This document shows, in pieces, positions 61,073 to 64,000 of a stretch of DNA of 64,000 nucleotides. Under the pieces are notes generated by a model. The model made no database searches. It saw only the letters and a program-made list of their open reading frames with translations, and had not been told where the DNA came from. The position numbers were made by a program, and so were the translations under genes. This stretch comes from Acidilobaceae archaeon (GTDB lineage Archaea; Thermoproteota; Thermoprotei_A; Sulfolobales; Acidilobaceae): contig JAWAWX010000001.1 of the NCBI GenBank assembly GCA_038897215.1, positions 32,001 through 96,000 of the forward strand. Direction: 5' to 3'. Within the stretch, counting starts at the first letter, position 1; each line of letters starts with the position of its first letter.

Positions 61073-62311
61073 GTGAGGATCCTGGCTATACTAGCTGGAG
61101 GCAGAGGAGAGAGGCTGAAGCCTCTCACCGAGACCAGGCCCAAGGCTGTCCTCCCTGTTCTCGACGAGCCCCTAGTGTGCAGGCACGTGAGGCTAGCGAG
61201 CTCCTACTCGAGCTTCGACAAGGTCGTAGTCGTAGTATCCTACGAGGCTACTCAGGTAGCTAGAGCTCTCGAAGAGTGCGGAATCGAGGCAGAACTCGTG
61301 AACCAGGGGGGAGAGCTGGGCACGGGTGATGCCATAGCTAAAGCCATGGAGGCAGGGGGTCCCGGGGACTACACTCTGATTTACGGTGACGTCTACGTGA
61401 AAGAGGAGGTCTACGAGCTCCTCTCTAAGCTAAGAGCTCCCAGCGTGCTCCTAGCAGAAGCCAGAGACCCCTCTAGCTACGGGGTCGCTAGAGTGAGCCC
61501 CGACGGCTTCCTCGAGAGCATAGTAGAGAAGCCCTCGAGTCCTCTCGGCTCCTCTCTGGTTTTCGCTGGACTACTCAAGCTCAGCTACGAGCACTCAAGC
61601 TTCTTCAAGAACCTCAAAGCATCCCCCAGGGGGGAGCTAGAAGCCACAGATGCTCTAAACGAGATCTCGAAGAGCTACGAGGTCAAAGTAGCGGTAGCTC
61701 CTAGAGACTCGTGGGTAGACGTAGGCAGACCCTGGGATTTCCTCAGAGCAAACATCATGGCTCTCTCCGAGCTGAGAGAACAGGTGATCGAGGGCGATGT
61801 GAGCGAGAAAGCGGAAATCTCGGGGCCTGTGCTCGTGAAGAGAGGTAGCTCCATAAAGCCCTACACGGTCATCGAGGGACCAGCCTATGTGGGCGAGGAG
61901 GCTGTAGTAGGGCCTCTGGCTCACGTCAGAGGCTACACAGTAATCGGCAAGAGAGCCTTCATCGGGGCCTTCACAGAACTCAAGGCAAGCGTGGTGCTCG
62001 AGAGAGCGCGCTTACCACACTTGAACTACGCTGGGGATAGCGTGATAGGAGAGTACGCGAATCTAGGAGCTGGAACCAAGATAGCTAACCTCAGATTCGA
62101 CGAGCAAGAAGTCGAGATGACCGTCAAGGGAGTTAGAGTCAAGACGGGGCTCAGGAAGCTCGGCGCGGTGATAGGAGGGTACGCTAAGACTGGGATAAAC
62201 GTCTCGATAATGCCAGGCGTCAAGATAGGCTCCTACGCTATCATATACCCGGGGTGTGTTGTGAGTAGAGACGTAGAGCGAGGAGAGGTGCTCAACTGCT
62301 GGTCACGGTAG
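61073..62311 (+). CDS. glmU: bifunctional sugar-1-phosphate nucleotidylyltransferase/acetyltransferase (archaeal GlmU-like)
   Basis: LAGGRGERLKPLT..RPK, SPRGELE, hexapeptide repeats, HLNYAGDS. Confidence 0.9.
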   Translation: MRILAILAGGRGERLKPLTETRPKAVLPVLDEPLVCRHVRLASSYSSFDKVVVVVSYEATQVARALEECGIEAELVNQGGELGTGDAIAKAMEAGGPGDYTLIYGDVYVKEEVYELLSKLRAPSVLLAEARDPSSYGVARVSPDGFLESIVEKPSSPLGSSLVFAGLLKLSYEHSSFFKNLKASPRGELEATDALNEISKSYEVKVAVAPRDSWVDVGRPWDFLRANIMALSELREQVIEGDVSEKAEISGPVLVKRGSSIKPYTVIEGPAYVGEEAVVGPLAHVRGYTVIGKRAFIGAFTELKASVVLERARLPHLNYAGDSVIGEYANLGAGTKIANLRFDEQEVEMTVKGVRVKTGLRKLGAVIGGYAKTGINVSIMPGVKIGSYAIIYPGCVVSRDVERGEVLNCWSR

Positions 62312-63840
62312 GCCTAGCCTACCCGAGCGAGGAGCGAGTAGCGCTATCAAGCCTAGCCTATCATCTAGTAGGGGGGCTTCTCGAAGAGCTAGGAGTAGGA
62401 GTCAGAAGGTACTTCCTAGAAGATGGGAGCGTGAGGCATAGAGGCAGGTACAGAGAGAGCCCTAGGTCGAACGATGCGGTGATGGTGAGCATATCCTACG
62501 AGCTCCTCTACCTAGACGCAGCCAAAATGCTCTACTCTATGGGAATCCCCCCAGCTAGAAATGCGCGCTCCGAGAGCGACCCTATAGTCATCGCGGGAGG
62601 CCCGGCTCCCACGGGCAACCCTCTACCCCTATGGGAGATAGCGGACGCAGTAGTGATAGGCGAGTTCGAGGAGATAGCGGACAGCATAGTCGACGCTCTC
62701 TCCAAGCCCACTAGGCACTCTAGGCTGAGAGCTCTCTCCGAGATCGAGGGGGTTCTAGTTCCAGACTACACAGCTAGCCGAGTGAAGAGAGCCTACGTGA
62801 GAGACCTCGACTCAGCCTGGTACCCTCTCAGGCAAGAGCTCCCCCAGGGAGTAGAGCCCGTGTGGGGCAGAGTCTTCATGCTCGAGACTAGCAGAGGGTG
62901 CTTCAGAAAGTGCAGGTTCTGCCTGGAGGGGTGTATATTCAAGCCTAGGAGAGACAGGAGCTTCACCAAGCTTAGAGAGCTCTTGGAGACAGGAGTCTCC
63001 ATCAACAAGGTAGGCAAGGTATCCTTCTACAGCCTCTCATTCTTCGATAGCCCTAGCGGAGAGCGCATACTAGAACACGCTGTATCCCTCGGTCTCGAAG
63101 TCTCAGTGCCCAGTCTGAGAGCAGAGACTCTGACCGATAAGAGAGCTCTCCTCCTCGCTGAGGGGGGTCAGAGAACGGTCTCCATAGCCCCCGAGACTGG
63201 GAGTAGCGTGATAGCTAGAGCTATCATGAAGCTATCGGGGCGAGCGGGGGCTCTGAGAGCAGCCGAGATCCTGGCCTCAGCCGGAGTCAGGCAGGTCAAA
63301 GTCTACCTGATGGCGGGATTCCCGGGGGAGACCGAGGAAGACTTGAGCGACACTATCGGCATGATGCTTGACGTCAAGAAGATTCTGGAGAAGCGCGGAG
63401 CCAGAGTCAGAGCGTCAGTGAACCCCTTCATACCCAAGCCCTCAACCCCCCTTCAGTGGTTCGGCTTCAGCAGAGAGAGAGCCGAGAGAGCTCTAGAGCT
63501 CGCCCGGGCTCTCTCGAAGGCCGGCGTCGAGGCAGATGTTTACCCGCTAGACTACGCTGAGCTACAGACAGCTCTCGGGAGAGCGGACGCTACATCGTCT
63601 AGAGCCATAATCGAGACAGCTCTCGCTGGCGGAGGCTACAGGAGCCTCTTGAGAGCTCTCAAAGCGAGGTCGCGAAAGCCTCTGGTAGACTGGAGCCCTA
63701 GCGAGGAGCCAGCTTGGTCGATGCTGATAGAGGACTACTACACGAGCTCAGAGAGGCTCAGAGGAGAGCTACGAGAGTATGTGGATACTCTATCGAGCGC
63801 GGGTAGAGATGTGAAGCGACTCCTCCCCCAAGACTTCTAG
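62296..63840 (+). CDS. radical SAM protein with B12-binding-like N-terminus (probable CTG start)
   Basis: ETSRGCFRKCRFC, APETGS, PFIPKPSTP; the frame extends upstream of 62431 through VGLAYP..ALSSLAYH. Confidence 0.88.
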   Translation: MLVTVGLAYPSEERVALSSLAYHLVGGLLEELGVGVRRYFLEDGSVRHRGRYRESPRSNDAVMVSISYELLYLDAAKMLYSMGIPPARNARSESDPIVIAGGPAPTGNPLPLWEIADAVVIGEFEEIADSIVDALSKPTRHSRLRALSEIEGVLVPDYTASRVKRAYVRDLDSAWYPLRQELPQGVEPVWGRVFMLETSRGCFRKCRFCLEGCIFKPRRDRSFTKLRELLETGVSINKVGKVSFYSLSFFDSPSGERILEHAVSLGLEVSVPSLRAETLTDKRALLLAEGGQRTVSIAPETGSSVIARAIMKLSGRAGALRAAEILASAGVRQVKVYLMAGFPGETEEDLSDTIGMMLDVKKILEKRGARVRASVNPFIPKPSTPLQWFGFSRERAERALELARALSKAGVEADVYPLDYAELQTALGRADATSSRAIIETALAGGGYRSLLRALKARSRKPLVDWSPSEEPAWSMLIEDYYTSSERLRGELREYVDTLSSAGRDVKRLLPQDF

Positions 63841-64000
63841 CTCGAGCCGAGCTACTCGGCATCAGCGAGTGGGAGAGAGTGAGAGTAAGCCTCGCTGCGG
63901 AGACTAGAGCTGAAAGAGCTCCCTCTAGAGGCTCTATTTAAGCCTTGAGTTCAGCTGTGTTTAGAAGAGCCTCAAGGTGTAGAGGAGTGGCTATCTCAGC

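Noticed and set aside
1-64000. CRISPR array, rRNA, transposase or integrase
   Set aside because: No regularly spaced repeats, rRNA signatures, or DDE/tyrosine-recombinase motifs were seen.

Overview
This is a 64-kb window of a thermophilic crenarchaeal chromosome (Thermoproteota, Desulfurococcales/Acidilobales-like), judged from Rpo13, the BHB intron in cbf5, eS1/eL14/eL34 and FBP aldolase/phosphatase. Most of it is core genome: fbp-rli-map, secY-adk-rpl34e-cmk-rpl14e-cbf5, two A-ATPase subunits, taw1-trxB-EF1b, rpo13, psmB-nfi, pstSCA, glmS, cdc48, a MoxR operon, tyrS, rps15-DHH-pcc1-rps3ae and a glmU-like gene. It also holds tRNA-Arg(GCG), tRNA-Leu(TAG), tRNA-His(GTG), the SRP RNA and at least one C/D-box sRNA, predicted to guide tRNA-Gln U34 methylation. 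Two accessory patches (about 1-4.15 kb, next to tRNA-Arg, and about 11.4-15.2 kb) each carry a QueC gene and a gene of an uncharacterised MPxW-xx-H..HD..HxxxD family, and they have decayed reciprocally. The first patch also has an AT-richer Zn-ribbon/PD-(D/E)XK nuclease cassette between 14-bp direct repeats. This QueC-associated module is the best candidate for an undescribed system, but its function is inference only. Other oddities are a glutaminase-dead GlmS paralogue broken by a 58-bp duplication, a perfect 40-bp SRP helix, probable CTG starts, a ~130-nt rod-like hairpin and strong CTAG/AGCT enrichment. All calls were made by eye, with no searches run; several starts were moved from the supplied ORF track.
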